Shown here piece by piece: positions 32,769-48,996 of a DNA stretch of 64,000 bases (its first letter is position 1; each line of letters begins with the position of its first letter). This DNA comes from Actinomycetes bacterium. GTDB taxonomy: Bacteria; Actinomycetota; CALGFH01. A program made the translations under genes and the position numbers. Location of the stretch: NCBI GenBank assembly GCA_035263405.1, contig DATFRI010000071.1:777-64776 (forward strand), given 5' to 3'. The notes under the pieces were generated by a model that ran no database searches, was not told where the DNA came from, and saw nothing but the letters and a program-made list of their open reading frames with translations.

Positions 32769-33934
32769 CGGTGCCCGGCGCGTACCTCGACTACGCCGCG
32801 ACCGCGCCGCTGCGCGCCGAGGCGCTCGCCGCGATGCTCCCGCTGCTGCGGCGGCCCGCGGCCAACGCCTCCAGCCAGCACGCCCCCGGCCGCGCCGCGC
32901 GCGCGGCGGTCGAGACCGCCCGGGAGCAGGTCGCGGCGCTGGTGGGGGCGCACCCTGACGAGGTGGTCTTCACCTCCGGCGGGACCGAGGCCGACAACCT
33001 CGCGGTCAAGGGCGCCGTGCTCGCCCGGCCGGCCGGCGCCAGGACGGTGGTCGTCTCCGCGGTCGAGCACCACGCCGTGCTGGACGCGGCCGCGTGGGCC
33101 GCGCAGGACGCCGGCGCCGTGGTGCGGACCGCGCCGGTCGACGGCGGCGGGCGCGTGCGGCTCGACGCGCTGGCGGCGCTGCCGGTCCCCGGCGCGACCG
33201 CGCTGGTCGCGGTGATGGCGGCCAACAACGAGGTCGGCACCGTCCAGCCGGTCGCGGCCGCGGCCGAGCACGCCCACGCGGCCGGCGCGCCGCTGCTGTG
33301 CGACGCGGTGCAGGCGGCCGGCGTGCCCGGGATCGACGTCGGGCGGGACGGCATCGACCTGGCGGCGCTCGCGGCGCACAAGCTCGGCGGCCCCACCGGG
33401 GTGGGCGCGCTGGTGGTCCGCCGCGGCACCGGCCTGCGGCCGCTGCTGCACGGCGGCGGCCAGGAGCGCGGGCTGCGCTCGGGGACGCTCCCGGCCGCAG
33501 CGATCGCCGGCTTCGGGGCGGCGGCCGCCGCCGCGCTGGCCGAGCGGGCGCAGGCCGGGCCGCGCCTGCGCGCGCTGCGCGACCGGCTCCGCGACGGGCT
33601 GGCGCGTGCGGTGCCGGGCATGGAGGTCAACGGCGACCCGGACGGTGGCCTGCCCGGGCTGCTGTCGGTGCGCCTGCCCGGCCTGCGCAACGAGGACGTC
33701 CTGCTGCTGCTGGACCGCCGAGGGGTCGCGTGCTCGGCGGGCTCGGCCTGCGCGAGCGGGGCGGCGAGCGCCTCGCACGTGCTGCTCGCGATGGGCCGCG
33801 ACGAGCCGCAGGCCCGCCAGACCCTGCGGCTCAGCCTCGGGCACGGCTCCGCAGAGGCCGACGTCGACGCCGCCGTCGCCGCGGTCGCCCACGCCGCCGG
33901 CCAGCTCGCCCCCGTCCGGGCGGGATCGGCATGA
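32765..33934 (+). CDS. iscS: cysteine desulfurase (IscS/NifS class, PLP-dependent)
   Basis: It has the PLP-Lys region ALAAHKLGGPTGVGAL and the active-site loop SAGSACASG. The GTG start overlaps the PBP stop. Confidence 0.9.
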   Translation: MTVPGAYLDYAATAPLRAEALAAMLPLLRRPAANASSQHAPGRAARAAVETAREQVAALVGAHPDEVVFTSGGTEADNLAVKGAVLARPAGARTVVVSAVEHHAVLDAAAWAAQDAGAVVRTAPVDGGGRVRLDALAALPVPGATALVAVMAANNEVGTVQPVAAAAEHAHAAGAPLLCDAVQAAGVPGIDVGRDGIDLAALAAHKLGGPTGVGALVVRRGTGLRPLLHGGGQERGLRSGTLPAAAIAGFGAAAAAALAERAQAGPRLRALRDRLRDGLARAVPGMEVNGDPDGGLPGLLSVRLPGLRNEDVLLLLDRRGVACSAGSACASGAASASHVLLAMGRDEPQARQTLRLSLGHGSAEADVDAAVAAVAHAAGQLAPVRAGSA

Positions 33935-35004
33935 CCGCGGCCGGCAACCCTCCCCGCCGGGTGCTGGTGGCGATGAGCGGGGGGGTGGACTCCTCGACCG
34001 CGGCGGCGCTGCTGGTGCGGGCGGGCTGGGACGTCACCGGCGTCCACCTGAAGCTCGCCGGCACCCCTGCCGCCGAGCAGGTGCAGGGCAGGGGCTGCTG
34101 CACGCTCGCCGACGCCGACGACGCCCGGCGCGTGGCCGCCACGCTCGGCGTGCCGTTCTACGTGTGGGACCTCACCGACCGGTTCCGGCAGGCCGTCGTG
34201 GAGGACTTCGCCGCCGAGTACGAGCGTGGCCGCACGCCCAACCCGTGCGCGCGCTGCAACGAGCGGGTCAAGGTCGCCGGGCTGCTGGAGCGGGCGCTCG
34301 CCCTGGGGTTCGACGCGCTCGCCACCGGCCACTACGCGCGGGTCGCCGGGGGCCGGCTGCTGCGCGCGGCCGACGCGGCCAAGGACCAGTCGTACGTGCT
34401 GTACATGCTCGGTCCCGCGCAGCTGGCGCACCTGGAGCTGCCGCTCGGCGGGCTCGCCAAGCCCGAGGTCCGCGCGCTCGCCGCCGAGCTGGGGCTGCGC
34501 ACCGCGGCCAAGCCCGAGTCCCACGACGTGTGCTTCATCCCCGACGGGGACACCGCCGGCTGGCTGGAGCGCCGGCTCGGCCGCCGCCCCGGCACGGTCG
34601 TCGACCCCGCCGGCCGGGTGCTCGGCCACCACCGGGGCGCCTACCGGTACACCGTCGGGCAGCGCCGCGGCCTGGGCGTGAGCGCGCCGGGCCCGCGCTA
34701 CGTGCTGTCGATCCAGCCGGCGACCGGGACCGTGGTGGTCGGCGACCGGGAGCAGCTCGCGATCCGCGTGGTCGTGCTCGAGCGGACCAGCTCGACCGAC
34801 GGCGCCGGCCTGCGCCGCGGGCGTGCCGCCGTCCGGCTGCGCGCGCACGGCTCGGAGATGGGCTGCGAGGTCCGCCCCGGGCCCGGCGGCAGGGTCCGGC
34901 TCGAGCTGGACGAGCCGGTCGGCGCGGTCGCCCCCGGCCAGGCGGGCGTCCTGTACGACGGCGACGTGGTGCTCGGCGGCGGCACCGTGACCGCGACGGC
35001 CTGA
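33931..35004 (+). CDS. mnmA: tRNA-specific 2-thiouridylase
   Basis: It has the PP-loop VLVAMSGGVDSS and the CxxC pair. The ATG start overlaps the iscS stop (ATGA). Confidence 0.9.
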   Translation: MTAAGNPPRRVLVAMSGGVDSSTAAALLVRAGWDVTGVHLKLAGTPAAEQVQGRGCCTLADADDARRVAATLGVPFYVWDLTDRFRQAVVEDFAAEYERGRTPNPCARCNERVKVAGLLERALALGFDALATGHYARVAGGRLLRAADAAKDQSYVLYMLGPAQLAHLELPLGGLAKPEVRALAAELGLRTAAKPESHDVCFIPDGDTAGWLERRLGRRPGTVVDPAGRVLGHHRGAYRYTVGQRRGLGVSAPGPRYVLSIQPATGTVVVGDREQLAIRVVVLERTSSTDGAGLRRGRAAVRLRAHGSEMGCEVRPGPGGRVRLELDEPVGAVAPGQAGVLYDGDVVLGGGTVTATA

Positions 35005-35014
35005 GGCGGCCGCA

Positions 35015-36153
35015 TCAGCTCCCGCGCGCCCGCCGCTGGGCGCCGCCGTCCCCGCCCGCGCGCAGCGCGGCCGCGTACCCCCCGGAGCGCCGCCGGCCGC
35101 GGCCGGGGGCCGGGCCGGCGTCGGCGTCGGGGGCGATCAGCCCGCGCGCGCGGGCGTGCCCGACGGCCGCGGCCGTGTCCTCGCCGACGAGCAGCTCGAC
35201 GCCGTGGCCGCGCAGCTCCCGCGCGATCGCGAGCGTGGCGTCGTGCCGCCGGCCGTGGGTCACCTCGCGGATGTACACCGCCAGGACCCGGCCGGGGTGC
35301 TCGTGCGCGACCTGCTGGTAGATCTCCGGGTCCCGCTCGCCGCTGTCGCCGATCAGCACGAACGGCAGATCGGGGTAGGTGGCCAGCAGCGACCGGATCA
35401 CCGACAGCTTGTGGCGCTCGGCGGGCTGCCGCAGGCCGCGCGCGCTGAAGTCGCGCAGGAACAGCGGGCCGCGCGGGATCCCGTGGACGTGCAGGAAGTC
35501 CTCGAGCAGGTCGAACAGGTTCCAGGGGCTCGAGGAGACGTAGAAGATCGGGTTGTACCCGTGGCCGTCCGGGCCGCGCTGGAGCGCCCGGTAGAAGCTC
35601 GCCACCCCCTCGAACGGCAGCCGCCGGTGCGCGTTGGACAGCAGCGCGATCCGCAGCATCCGCAGCGGCTCGGTCACGCCCGAGTCCAGGACGGTGTCGT
35701 CCAGGTCGCTGATCACGCCGAAGCGCGCGCCCACCGGGACCAGCACGCTCGCGACCGCCCGCGCGCCGGTCTGGCCGCGGGCCATCGGTGCCAGCAGCTC
35801 GAGCTGGACGTCGTGCCACCGGGTCCGGGGCGGCAGCGGCTCGGGCAGCCGCAGGCACACGTCGAGGTAGCCCTCGTCGTCGGCGACGACCTCCTGCTCC
35901 AGGGCGCCGAAGCGCACGCGCACGCGCGCGCCCGGGATGTCGTCGGAGACGAACCGGCGGGCCATGTTGCGCAGGTTCTGCAGGGAGGTGTCGCGCGCCC
36001 GCGAGCGCACCACGCCGGTCGACTCGAGCACCCGGCCGCGGCACCACAGGGTGGTGGTCGTGCCGTGGCCCCGGTAGGCGTGCACCTCGACCGGGCCGAG
36101 CAGCCCGCAGCGCAGCTTGGCGCCGAGCCAGGCGCGGTCCAGCGCCTGCACCA
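35015..36153 (-). CDS. App1-like phosphatase (DUF2183; DXDXT phosphatidate-phosphatase family)
   Basis: The motifs VISDLDDTVL and LIGDSGERDPEIY are present. The GTG start was chosen where GC3 rises. The upstream part of the listed ORF is R/P-rich. Confidence 0.65.
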
Positions 36154-36300
36154 CCCTGACCAGCCGCGCCTGCGGCACCGCGCCGGTGGCGCCGGCTCCG
36201 CCGGCCTCGTGCCCGGCGGCCGGGGCCCGGGGAGGCACGCGGCCCGCTCCGCCTGCCTCGCGCCGGTCGGCCGATCCTCGTGGTGGCACTCGGCCCGTGC

Positions 36301-40629
<4,329 letters not shown>

Positions 40630-40685
40630 CCTGGAGCGGCGGTGGTGGCACCATCGTCGGTGGCGCTCGCACGCGGAGGTGACGG

Positions 40686-41258
40686 ATGGCTGACGGCTTC
40701 ACCCCATGGGAGCCGCGCGGGCTGCGCCCCGGGCCGGGCGGCGGGGGTCCCGACCCCGACGTGATCGTCCGCCGGGTGCGCCTGCAGTTCGCGCTCGCCG
40801 GCCTGCTCGCCGCGGCGATGGTGACCACCGGGCTGCACCCCTTCGGCACCGTCCGGCCGCTGCCGCCGAGCCTGGCGGTGACCGGCGCGCTGGGGGTGAC
40901 GCTGCTGTCGCTGCTCGTGTTCGCGTGGTGGCGGCTGCAGCCCGAGCGCCTGGTGGTCGCCGGCAAGCGGGCGCTGGACGCGCCCGACGCCCGCGCGCGC
41001 CGGCCCCGTGCCGAGTGGGCGCGCGCCACCGGCTTCACGGGCCTGGCCAGCGGCTGGGCGATGCAGGCGATCCTGCTCGCGCTGCTGCCGGTGCTGATGG
41101 GCCTGCTGCTGGAGCTGCTCCACGGCCAGACCTGGCCGCTGCTGTCCTTCGCCGGCGTGGGGATCGCCGCGGGGGTCGCCTTCCAGCGCCGGGTCGCCCG
41201 CGCCGTCCACCGGGCCGTGGAGGACCCGGAGCTGCGCAACGCCTACGGCTCGCGCTGA
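40686..41258 (+). CDS. hypothetical membrane protein (four TM segments)
   Basis: A 190-aa product with high GC3 and a GGAGGTGA Shine-Dalgarno. I recognise no motifs. Confidence 0.6.
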   Translation: MADGFTPWEPRGLRPGPGGGGPDPDVIVRRVRLQFALAGLLAAAMVTTGLHPFGTVRPLPPSLAVTGALGVTLLSLLVFAWWRLQPERLVVAGKRALDAPDARARRPRAEWARATGFTGLASGWAMQAILLALLPVLMGLLLELLHGQTWPLLSFAGVGIAAGVAFQRRVARAVHRAVEDPELRNAYGSR

Positions 41259-41449
41259 CCGGCGCCGCGACCCGCCCGGGCCTGGAGCCCTGCGGACCCG
41301 CGCCGGCCGGCGGTGGGGGCGGGCCGACCCGGGACGGGCGGGTTCGGTAGGGTGGGGCGGCCGCGCAGCCGGCCGGCCGGCGGCTCGACCGCCGTGGACG
41401 CAGGCGCCGCCCGCCCCGCGGGCACCGTGCGCACGTGGAGGGACCAAGG

Positions 41450-41746
41450 ATGCCGATCAGCCGCGCCGAGGTGGAGCACGTCGCCCGCCTCGCCCGCCTG
41501 GCGCTCAGCGAGGAGGAGCTGGACCGCTTCGCCACCCAGCTCGGCGTGATCCTCGAGGAGGCGGACAAGCTCGGACAGCTCGCCACCGAGGACGTCGAGC
41601 CGACCGCGCACGCGGTGCCGATGGCCAACGTCTGGCGGGCCGACGTGCCCGGGCCGTGCCTGCCGCAGGCCGCGGCGCTGTCGACCGCGCCAGAGGTCGA
41701 GCAGGACCGCTTCAAGGTGCCGCGGATCCTCGAGGAGGAGGCGTGA
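41450..41746 (+). CDS. gatC: Asp/Glu-tRNA amidotransferase subunit C
   Basis: The product [24 protein letters not shown] fits GatC. A GGAGGGA Shine-Dalgarno lies upstream. Confidence 0.9.
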   Translation: MPISRAEVEHVARLARLALSEEELDRFATQLGVILEEADKLGQLATEDVEPTAHAVPMANVWRADVPGPCLPQAAALSTAPEVEQDRFKVPRILEEEA

Positions 41747-43305
41747 GCGGGGGGGTGCCGCCGCAGGCCGCGCTGGCCGACCTGAGCGCGGCCGAGCTGG
41801 CCGCCCGGCTGGCGGCGGGCGAGCTGAGCGCGGTCGAGGCGACCGAGGCGGCGCTGGAGCGGATCGCCGCGACCGACGGGCGGATCCACGCGTTCCTGAC
41901 CGTGACCGCGGAGCACGCGCTCGCCCAGGCCCGCGCCGTGGACGACGACCGCGCCCGCGGCGCCCCGCTCGGCCCGCTCGCCGGCGTCCCGCTGGCGCTC
42001 AAGGACGTGCTCTGCGCACGCGGGATCCGCACCACCGCCGGCTCGCGCATCCTCGACCGCTACCTGCCGCCGTACGACGCGACCGTGGTCGCCAGGCTGC
42101 GTGAGGCGGGCGCGGTGGTGGTCGGCAAGACCAACATGGACGAGTTCGCGATGGGGTCCTCGACCGAGAACTCCGGGTTCGGGCCGACCCGCAACCCCTG
42201 GGACCCCGGGCGGGTGCCCGGCGGCTCCAGCGGCGGCTCGGCGGCGGCGGTCGCGGCCGGCCACGCGGCGCTGGGCATCGGCACCGACACCGGCGGGTCC
42301 ATCCGCCAGCCGGCGTCGCTGTGCGGGGTGGTCGGGGTCAAGCCGACCTACGGGCTGGTGAGCCGCTACGGCCTGATCGCGTTCGCCTCCTCCCTGGACC
42401 AGGTCGGCCCGCTGACGCGCACGGTCCGCGACGCGGCGCTGCTGCTGGAGGCGATCGCCGGGCACGACCCGCTCGACTCGACCTCGATCGACGCGCCGGC
42501 GCCCGACCTCACCTCCGGGCTGGAGCGGGGGGTCGAGGGCCTGCGCATCGGCGTGGTCGCCGAGTTCCTGCGCGGCGGCGTCCAGCCCGGGGTGCGCGCC
42601 CGCGTCGACGAGGCGCTCACCCGGCTGGACAAGCTGGGCGCGCGGCTCGACGAGGTCTCCCTGCCGTCGTTCGAGTACGCGCTGAGCGCCTACTACCTGA
42701 TCGCCCCGGCCGAGTGCTCCTCCAATCTGGCCCGCTACGACGGCGTGCGCTGGGGCCTGCGCGCGCAGGGCGCCCCCGACGTGGTGGAGATGATGCTGCG
42801 CACCCGCTCGCAGGGGTTCGGCGCCGAGGTCAAGCGCCGGGTCATGCTCGGCACCTACGCGCTGTCCGCCGGCTACTACGACGCCTACTACGGGCGGGCG
42901 CAGAAGGTCCGCACGCTGGTGGTGCGGGACCTGGAGCGCGCCTGGCAGGAGCGGGGCCTGGACCTGCTGGTGGGCCCGACCTCCCCGACCACGGCGTTCC
43001 GGATCGGCGAGCGGGCCGACGACCCGCTGGCGATGTACCTGTCGGACGTGTTCACCGTCCCGGTGAACCTGGCCGGCACCGCGGCCGTGTCGATCCCCGC
43101 GGGCCTGGCCGACGAGGACGGCCTGCCGGTCGGCCTGCAGCTCGTCGCGCCGGTGCTGGGGGAGGCGACGATGCTGCGCGCCGCGCACGCGCTCGAGCAG
43201 GACCTCGGCTTCGACAACCGCCCGTCGCAGGTGCTCGCCCGCGCGGAGCGGGCGGGCGGCCGGGAACGCGGCGACCGCCCCGGCGAGGAGGCGACCACCC
43301 CATGA
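41743..43305 (+). CDS. gatA: Asp/Glu-tRNA amidotransferase subunit A
   Basis: The amidase signature [14 protein letters not shown] and Ser-cisSer-Lys triad residues are present. The start overlaps the gatC stop. Confidence 0.95.
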   Translation: MSGGVPPQAALADLSAAELAARLAAGELSAVEATEAALERIAATDGRIHAFLTVTAEHALAQARAVDDDRARGAPLGPLAGVPLALKDVLCARGIRTTAGSRILDRYLPPYDATVVARLREAGAVVVGKTNMDEFAMGSSTENSGFGPTRNPWDPGRVPGGSSGGSAAAVAAGHAALGIGTDTGGSIRQPASLCGVVGVKPTYGLVSRYGLIAFASSLDQVGPLTRTVRDAALLLEAIAGHDPLDSTSIDAPAPDLTSGLERGVEGLRIGVVAEFLRGGVQPGVRARVDEALTRLDKLGARLDEVSLPSFEYALSAYYLIAPAECSSNLARYDGVRWGLRAQGAPDVVEMMLRTRSQGFGAEVKRRVMLGTYALSAGYYDAYYGRAQKVRTLVVRDLERAWQERGLDLLVGPTSPTTAFRIGERADDPLAMYLSDVFTVPVNLAGTAAVSIPAGLADEDGLPVGLQLVAPVLGEATMLRAAHALEQDLGFDNRPSQVLARAERAGGRERGDRPGEEATTP

Positions 43306-44789
43306 CCGCGACCGCGGAGCCGACCACCGGGACCCGCCACCACGAGACGGTCATCGGCATCGAGACGCACTGCGAGCTGGCGACCGCGACCAAGATGTTC
43401 TGCGCCTGCCCGACCGCGTTCGGGGCGCCGCCCAACAGCCAGGTGTGCCCGGTCTGCCTCGGCGAGCCCGGCTCGCTCCCGGTCGTCAACGGCCGCGCGA
43501 TCGAGTGGGCCGCGCGCATCGGGCTGGCGCTCAACTGCACCGTCGCCGGCCGCTCGCAGTTCCACCGCAAGAACTACTTCTACCCGGACATGCCCAAGAA
43601 CTACCAGATCAGCCAGTACGACGAGCCCCTGTGCACCGGCGGCCGGCTGGACGTGCCGCTGGACGGGGCGGTGCGGCGGGTCGGCATCACGCGCGTGCAC
43701 ATGGAGGAGGACACCGGCAAGAGCCTGCACGTGGGCGCCACGGGCCGCATCCACGACGCGGCGTACTCGCTGGTGGACTACAACCGCGCGGGGATCCCGC
43801 TGGTCGAGATCGTGTCCGAGCCCGACATGCGCTCGCCGGAGGAGGCGCGCGCGTACGCCGAGGAGCTGCGGGCGGTGCTGCTCGCGCTGGAGGTGTCCGA
43901 CGCCAAGCTCGAGGAGGGCTCGCTGCGCTTCGACGTGAACATCTCGATCCGCCCGGTCGGCTCGGGCGGGTTCGGGACCAAGGTCGAGCTGAAGAACCTC
44001 AACTCGCTGCGCAGCCTGTACCGGGCGGTGGCGTTCGAGGCCGAGCGCCAGCGGGCGGTGCTGCGCGACGGCGGCACGATCGTGCAGGAGACCCGCCACT
44101 GGGACGAGGGCGCCGGGCGCACGGCGTCGATGCGCTCCAAGGAGTACGCGACCGACTACCGGTACTTCCCCGAGCCCGACCTCACCCCGATCGTGGCGAC
44201 GCCCGAGTGGGTCGAGCAGGTGCGCTCGGCCCTGCCCGAGCTGCCCGCCGGGCGGCGCGCGCGGCTGGCGGCGGCGACCGGGCTGGACGCGCGCACCGTC
44301 GCCTGGCTGGCCCGCGACCCGGGGACGCTGGCGTACTTCGAGGCGGCCGCGGCCGGGCGCGACCCGAAGGTCGTCGCCACCTGGGTGATGGGGGAGCTGC
44401 AGCGGGTCCTGCACGAGCAGGACCAGACGCTCGCCGGCACGCTGATCACCCCGCAGCGGCTCGGCGAGCTGCTCGACCTGCTGGCCCGCGGCGAGATCTC
44501 GGCGACCGCGGCCAAGGGCGTGCTCGCCGAGATGGCCACCTCCGACGCGCCGCCGCGCACGATCGTGGAGCGCAAGGGCCTGGCGCAGCTGTCCGACGCC
44601 GCCGAGCTGGAGGCGGTGGTCGCCGAGGTGGTCCAGGCCAACCCGGAGCTGGTCGCCAAGTACCGCGGCGGCAAGCAGGGGGTGCTCGGCGCGCTGGTCG
44701 GCCAGGTGATGCGCGCCACCGGCGGGCGCGCCAACCCGGCGCTCGTCCGCGACCTGCTCGGACGCGCCGTCGGCGGCCCGGGCGGCTGA
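43302..44789 (+). CDS. gatB: Asp/Glu-tRNA amidotransferase subunit B
   Basis: Conserved GatB N-terminal blocks ([15 protein letters not shown]) are present. The start overlaps the gatA stop. Confidence 0.95.
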   Translation: MTATAEPTTGTRHHETVIGIETHCELATATKMFCACPTAFGAPPNSQVCPVCLGEPGSLPVVNGRAIEWAARIGLALNCTVAGRSQFHRKNYFYPDMPKNYQISQYDEPLCTGGRLDVPLDGAVRRVGITRVHMEEDTGKSLHVGATGRIHDAAYSLVDYNRAGIPLVEIVSEPDMRSPEEARAYAEELRAVLLALEVSDAKLEEGSLRFDVNISIRPVGSGGFGTKVELKNLNSLRSLYRAVAFEAERQRAVLRDGGTIVQETRHWDEGAGRTASMRSKEYATDYRYFPEPDLTPIVATPEWVEQVRSALPELPAGRRARLAAATGLDARTVAWLARDPGTLAYFEAAAAGRDPKVVATWVMGELQRVLHEQDQTLAGTLITPQRLGELLDLLARGEISATAAKGVLAEMATSDAPPRTIVERKGLAQLSDAAELEAVVAEVVQANPELVAKYRGGKQGVLGALVGQVMRATGGRANPALVRDLLGRAVGGPGG

Positions 44790-44834
44790 CCCCGGGCGGC
44801 CGGCGGGAAGGGCGGGAAGGATGAAGGATAAGGT

Positions 44835-44867
44835 GGGACCCCGCCCGGAGTCCGGAAGCGGGGTCCC
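44835..44867. terminator. GC-rich hairpin downstream of gatB (10-bp perfect stem gggaccccgc / gcggggtccc)
   Basis: It lies 46 nt after the gatB stop. There is no U-tract, which is common in high-GC actinomycetes. Confidence 0.45.
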
Positions 44868-45208
44868 GGTTCATGCCGGACCCGTCCAGCCGATCCAGCG
44901 TCAGTCGCGGTCGGGCCGCGCGTACGCGGTCGCCGCGGACGGACCTCCATGGCATCCCATCGGCGGGGCGGGGATCCTGCACCCGGATCCGTGCCGCGTC
45001 AGCGGGACGGATCCGCATCTCGACCGGGCGGAGTCTCCATGGCGACCTCCCAGTCACGCCGCCGTTGTCGGCGACGGCGCGTCCCTACCCCCGATCGCCG
45101 ACTCTAAACCTCCCACAGGTCGCGCTCCGGTCACCCGCCGGCGCGGCGGCCCGGGGTGCCGGCGGCCCGGTCCGGCGTGCCGTGACCGCCACGGCGGGAC
45201 CCGCGCGG

Positions 45209-46642
45209 TCAGATCACCAGCAGCCCGGCGAGGTCGTCGACCGGGGTGGCCTCCAGGCGCGCCTGGTCCAGCAGCAGGTCGAGGATCCGCGCGGCCTGGG
45301 CGGCGGGGAAGCGGGTGGCGAGGTTGTCGCGCAGCTTGCGCTCCAGCAGCGGGATCCCCTCGGCGCGGCGGCGGCGGTGGCCGAGGGGGTACTCGACCTC
45401 CACCTTGCGGGTGGCCTCGCCGCCGGCGAAGCGGACCTGCACGGCGTTGGCGATCGAGCGCCGTTCGGGGTCGAGGTACTCGCGCGTGTAGCGCGGGTCC
45501 TCGACGACCTCCATGCGCCCGCGCAGCGCGTCGATGCGCGGGTCGGCGGCCGCGGCGTCCTCGTAGTCCTCAGCGGTGAGCCGGCCCTTCAGCAGCGCGA
45601 CCGCGACCATGTACTGCAGGCAGTGGTCCCGGTCGGCCGGGTTGGTGAGCGGGCCGGCCTTGGCGATGATGCGGATCGCGGGCTCCTGGGTGGTGAGGGT
45701 GACCCGCTCGACGTCCGCCAGCCGCCCCGTCACCTCCGGGTGCAGCGCGAGCGCGGCCTCGACCGCGGTCTGGGCGTGGAACTCGGCCGGGAACGCGATC
45801 TTGAACAGCACGTGCTCCATCACGTAGGAGCCGAGCGGCCGGGCGAGCGTGATCTCCCGCCCGCCGAACAGGGCGTCCTGGAATCCCCAGGTGGGGGCGG
45901 TGAGCGCCGAGGGGTAGCCCATCTCGCCGCGCAGCGCCATCAGCGCCAGGCGCAGGCCGCGGCTGGTCGCGTCGCCGGCCGCCCAGGACTTGCGCGAGCC
46001 GGTGTCGGGCGCGTGCCGGTAGGCGCGCAGCGCGCCGCCGTCGACGAACGCGTTGCTGACCGCGGCGAGCACCTCGCCGGGGCGGCCGCCGAGCAGGGCG
46101 GCGACGACCGCGGCCGTCGCCACGCGCACCAGCAGCACGTGGTCCAGGCCGGCGCGGTTGAACGCGTTGTCCAGCGCGAGCACGCCCTGGATCTCGTACG
46201 CCTTGATCATCGCGGTGAGCACGTCGCGCCCGCGCAGCGGCGGCTCGCCGCGCGCCCGGCGCGCCCGGCTGACGTGGTCGGCGGCCGCCAGGATCCCGCC
46301 GAGGTTGTCCGACGGGTGGCCCCACTCGGCGGCCAGCCAGGTGTCGTTGAAGTCCAGCCAGCGGATGCAGGCGCCGGTGGCGAACGCCGCCGACACGGGG
46401 TCCAGCTCGAGCCGGGTGCCGGGGACCCGCGCGCCGTGGGGGACCACGGTGCCGGGCACGACCGGGCCCAGCAGCTTGGCGCACTCGGGGAAGCGCAGCG
46501 CCAGCACCGCGCAGCCCAGCGCGTCCGCGGCCGCGTTGCGCGCGGTGGCGTACGCCTCCTCGCCGCCGACCTCCGCCCCCAGCGCGTAGCGGGCGATCGC
46601 CTCCAGGACCCGGTCGTAGGGCCGCCCGGGGGCGGCGGTCAT
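45209..46642 (-). CDS. prpD: 2-methylcitrate dehydratase (MmgE/PrpD family)
   Basis: The N-terminal stretch [17 protein letters not shown]... fits PrpD. The ATG start overlaps the prpC stop. Confidence 0.9.
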   Translation of the reverse strand: MTAAPGRPYDRVLEAIARYALGAEVGGEEAYATARNAAADALGCAVLALRFPECAKLLGPVVPGTVVPHGARVPGTRLELDPVSAAFATGACIRWLDFNDTWLAAEWGHPSDNLGGILAAADHVSRARRARGEPPLRGRDVLTAMIKAYEIQGVLALDNAFNRAGLDHVLLVRVATAAVVAALLGGRPGEVLAAVSNAFVDGGALRAYRHAPDTGSRKSWAAGDATSRGLRLALMALRGEMGYPSALTAPTWGFQDALFGGREITLARPLGSYVMEHVLFKIAFPAEFHAQTAVEAALALHPEVTGRLADVERVTLTTQEPAIRIIAKAGPLTNPADRDHCLQYMVAVALLKGRLTAEDYEDAAAADPRIDALRGRMEVVEDPRYTREYLDPERRSIANAVQVRFAGGEATRKVEVEYPLGHRRRRAEGIPLLERKLRDNLATRFPAAQAARILDLLLDQARLEATPVDDLAGLLVI

Positions 46643-47871
46643 GCGGGCGCGCCCCCGGCCCGTCCCTGCCGGCCGCCACGCTCCTCCAGCGGCACCAGCG
46701 GCCGCCGCGGCGGCCCGACGTACTCGGCGGAGGGGCGGATCAGCCTGTTGTCCGCCCGCTGCTCGATGACGTGCGCCATCCAGCCGCTGGTCCGCGAGAT
46801 CACGAACACCGGCGTGAACAGCGGCGTCGGGATGCCGCAGAAGCGGTAGGCGAGCGCGCTGTAGAAGTCCAGGTTGGGGAACAGGCGCTTGCGGTCCCAC
46901 AGCTCCTGCTCGATCCGCTCGGCGATCTCGAACGGGCGCTCGCCGCCGTGCCCGGCCGCGAGCTTGCGGACCCACTGCTTGATGATGACCGAGCGCGGGT
47001 CGGACCGGGTGTACACCCGGTGCCCGAAGCCCATCACCTTCTCCTTGCGGGCGAGCATCGCCGCCAGGCCCTCGGCGGCCTCGTCCGGCGACCCGAACCG
47101 CTCGATGAGCGCCATCGCGGCCTCGTTGGCGCCGCCGTGCAGCGGCCCGCGCAGCGCGCCGATCGCCGCGGTGACCGCCGACCAGGCGTCCGACAGCGTC
47201 GAGGTGACCACCCGCGCGGTGAAGGTGGACGCGTTCAGCTCGTGCTCGGCGTACAGGATCAGCGACACGTCCAGGACGCGGCGCAGCTCGTCACCGGGCG
47301 GCGAGCCGGTCAGCAGGTGCAGGAAGTGGCCCGCGACCGTCGGCTCGTCGCTGGTGGTGTCGATCCGGGTCCCCCCGGCCGCCAGGCGGTACCAGTACAG
47401 CAGCATCCCCGGCAGGGCGCCGAGCAGCCGGTCGGTGACCGCGAGCTGGTCGTTGCCCGGCCCCTCGGGCTCCAGGCAGCCGAGGACGCTCACGCCGGTG
47501 CGCAGCACGTCCATCGGGTGGGCGCCCGCCGGCAGCGCCTCCAGCACCGTCCGCAGCGGCCCGGGCAGCGCGCGCAGGCCGCGCAGCCGCTCGCGGTAGC
47601 CCTCCAGCTCGGCGGCGGTCGGCAGCCGCCCGCGGGTGAGCAGCCAGGCAACCTCCTCGAAGGTGGCGCGCTCGGCCAGGTCGTCGATCTCGTAGCCCCG
47701 GTAGGTGAGGCCGCTGCCCTCCTGGCCGACCGTGGCGATCGCGGTCCTGCCGACCACCACGCCCGCGAGCCCCCCGGTCTTCGCCGGGCGGGCGCCGCCT
47801 CGAGGTTCCGGACCAGGGCCTGAGGCCGGCGACTGCGCCTGGCCGGCCGCGTCGTTCGCCGCACCCGTCAT
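46639..47871 (-). CDS. prpC: 2-methylcitrate synthase / citrate synthase
   Basis: Citrate-synthase blocks are present ([20 protein letters not shown], the His/Asp catalytic region). The ATG start overlaps the prpB stop. Confidence 0.9.
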   Translation of the reverse strand: MTGAANDAAGQAQSPASGPGPEPRGGARPAKTGGLAGVVVGRTAIATVGQEGSGLTYRGYEIDDLAERATFEEVAWLLTRGRLPTAAELEGYRERLRGLRALPGPLRTVLEALPAGAHPMDVLRTGVSVLGCLEPEGPGNDQLAVTDRLLGALPGMLLYWYRLAAGGTRIDTTSDEPTVAGHFLHLLTGSPPGDELRRVLDVSLILYAEHELNASTFTARVVTSTLSDAWSAVTAAIGALRGPLHGGANEAAMALIERFGSPDEAAEGLAAMLARKEKVMGFGHRVYTRSDPRSVIIKQWVRKLAAGHGGERPFEIAERIEQELWDRKRLFPNLDFYSALAYRFCGIPTPLFTPVFVISRTSGWMAHVIEQRADNRLIRPSAEYVGPPRRPLVPLEERGGRQGRAGGAPA

Positions 47872-48818
47872 CTTCGACTCCTCCCGGTCGTCGGCTCGGG
47901 GTCCTCGCCGCCCGCCGGCTCCGCCGGCGGGCCGGCGGCCCCGAAGAGCTCGTCCAGCTTGCGCTCGTACTCGTGGTAGCCGAGCACCTCGTACAGCTCC
48001 TGGCGGGTCTGCATGCGCGGCAGGAGCGCCGCCTGGGTGCCCTCGCGCCGCAGCTCGGCGTACACCGCGGCGGCCGCGGCGCTGGCGGCGCGGAACGCCG
48101 ACAGCGGGTACAGCGCCAGCGCGACGCCCGCGTCGGCGAGCTGGCCGGTGGTGAACAGCGGCGTGGCGCCGAACTCGGTGACGTTGGCCAGCACCGGCAC
48201 GCCGGTCGCCCGCGCGAACCGCGTGTACTGCGCCAGCTCGGTGACGGCCTCGGCGAAGACCATGTCAGCGCCGGCCTCGACGTAGGAGACCGCCCGCCCG
48301 ACCGCCGCGTCCAGGCCCTCCACCGCCAGCGCGTCGGTCCGGGCCATGACCACGAACGCCGGGTCCGGCCTGGCGTCGACGGCGGCCTTCACGCGGTCGA
48401 CCATCTCCTGCGCCGGCACCAGCACCTTGCCGGGGCGGTGGCCGCAGCGCTTGGCGCTCACCTGGTCCTCCAGGTGCATCCCGGCGGCGCCCGCGCGGGT
48501 CAGCTCCCGCACCGTGCGGGCGATCCCGAACGCGGCGCCCCAGCCGGTGTCCGCGTCGACCAGCAGCGGCAGGCTCGTCGCCGCGGTGATCCTGCGGGCG
48601 TCCTCGAGGACGTCGTTGAGCGAGGTGATGCCGAGATCCGGGAGCCCGAACGAGGCGTTGGCGACGCCGGCGCCGGACAGGTACAGCGCCCGGAACCCCG
48701 CCCGCTCGGCCAGCAGCGCCATGTAGGCGTCGACCGCCCCCGCGACCTGGAGCGGGCGCTCGGCCCCGACCGCCGCGCGCAGCCGCGCCCCGGCGCTGTC
48801 CCGCTCGCCGCCCACCAC
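47868..48818 (-). CDS. prpB: methylisocitrate lyase (PEP mutase / ICL superfamily)
   Basis: The motifs [10 protein letters not shown] and KRCGH are present. The GTG start was placed where GC3 becomes coding-like. Confidence 0.85.
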   Translation of the reverse strand: MVGGERDSAGARLRAAVGAERPLQVAGAVDAYMALLAERAGFRALYLSGAGVANASFGLPDLGITSLNDVLEDARRITAATSLPLLVDADTGWGAAFGIARTVRELTRAGAAGMHLEDQVSAKRCGHRPGKVLVPAQEMVDRVKAAVDARPDPAFVVMARTDALAVEGLDAAVGRAVSYVEAGADMVFAEAVTELAQYTRFARATGVPVLANVTEFGATPLFTTGQLADAGVALALYPLSAFRAASAAAAAVYAELRREGTQAALLPRMQTRQELYEVLGYHEYERKLDELFGAAGPPAEPAGGEDPEPTTGRSRR

Positions 48819-48937
48819 GCCCTCCCGGCTCCGAGGTCCCGCCGTCCACCTGCAGGGTCCTCCCCTCCCGCGCCCGGCGGCAATCGGCTCCCGCCCGAGG
48901 CCCCCGCCGGCCAGCACGACCCGCCCAGCTGCGACGA

Positions 48938-48955
48938 GCGATTACGCATAATCGC
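48938..48955. promoter_or_regulatory. AT-rich palindrome gcgatta-cgca-taatcgc upstream of prpB
   Basis: A 7-bp perfect inverted repeat with a 4-nt spacer. It lies 120 nt upstream of the prpB start in an otherwise roughly 75% GC region. Confidence 0.45.
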
Positions 48956-48996
48956 CGGGATTTCACCGTCGCCGGCCGACCGGACGGCCCGGACGG

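Noticed and set aside
27780-33934. Giant read-through ORFs in the track: 27780..32768 (1662 aa) and 28022..33934 (1970 aa).
   Set aside because: Only the segment from 29475 is in frame with the PBP. The rest are alternative-frame runs across crotonase, galT (antisense), iscS and mnmA. The real genes were delimited by motifs and GC3.
44821-45579. 252-aa plus-strand ORF in the gatB–prpD gap, running antisense into prpD.
   Set aside because: It has mixed codon usage and a low-complexity translation, and it overlaps the well-supported prpD on the opposite strand.
47868-48917. prpB start at GTG 48917 (349 aa).
   Set aside because: The first 33 codons have non-coding codon usage (att, agg, gga, cct). 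Coding statistics begin at GTG 48818/48815.
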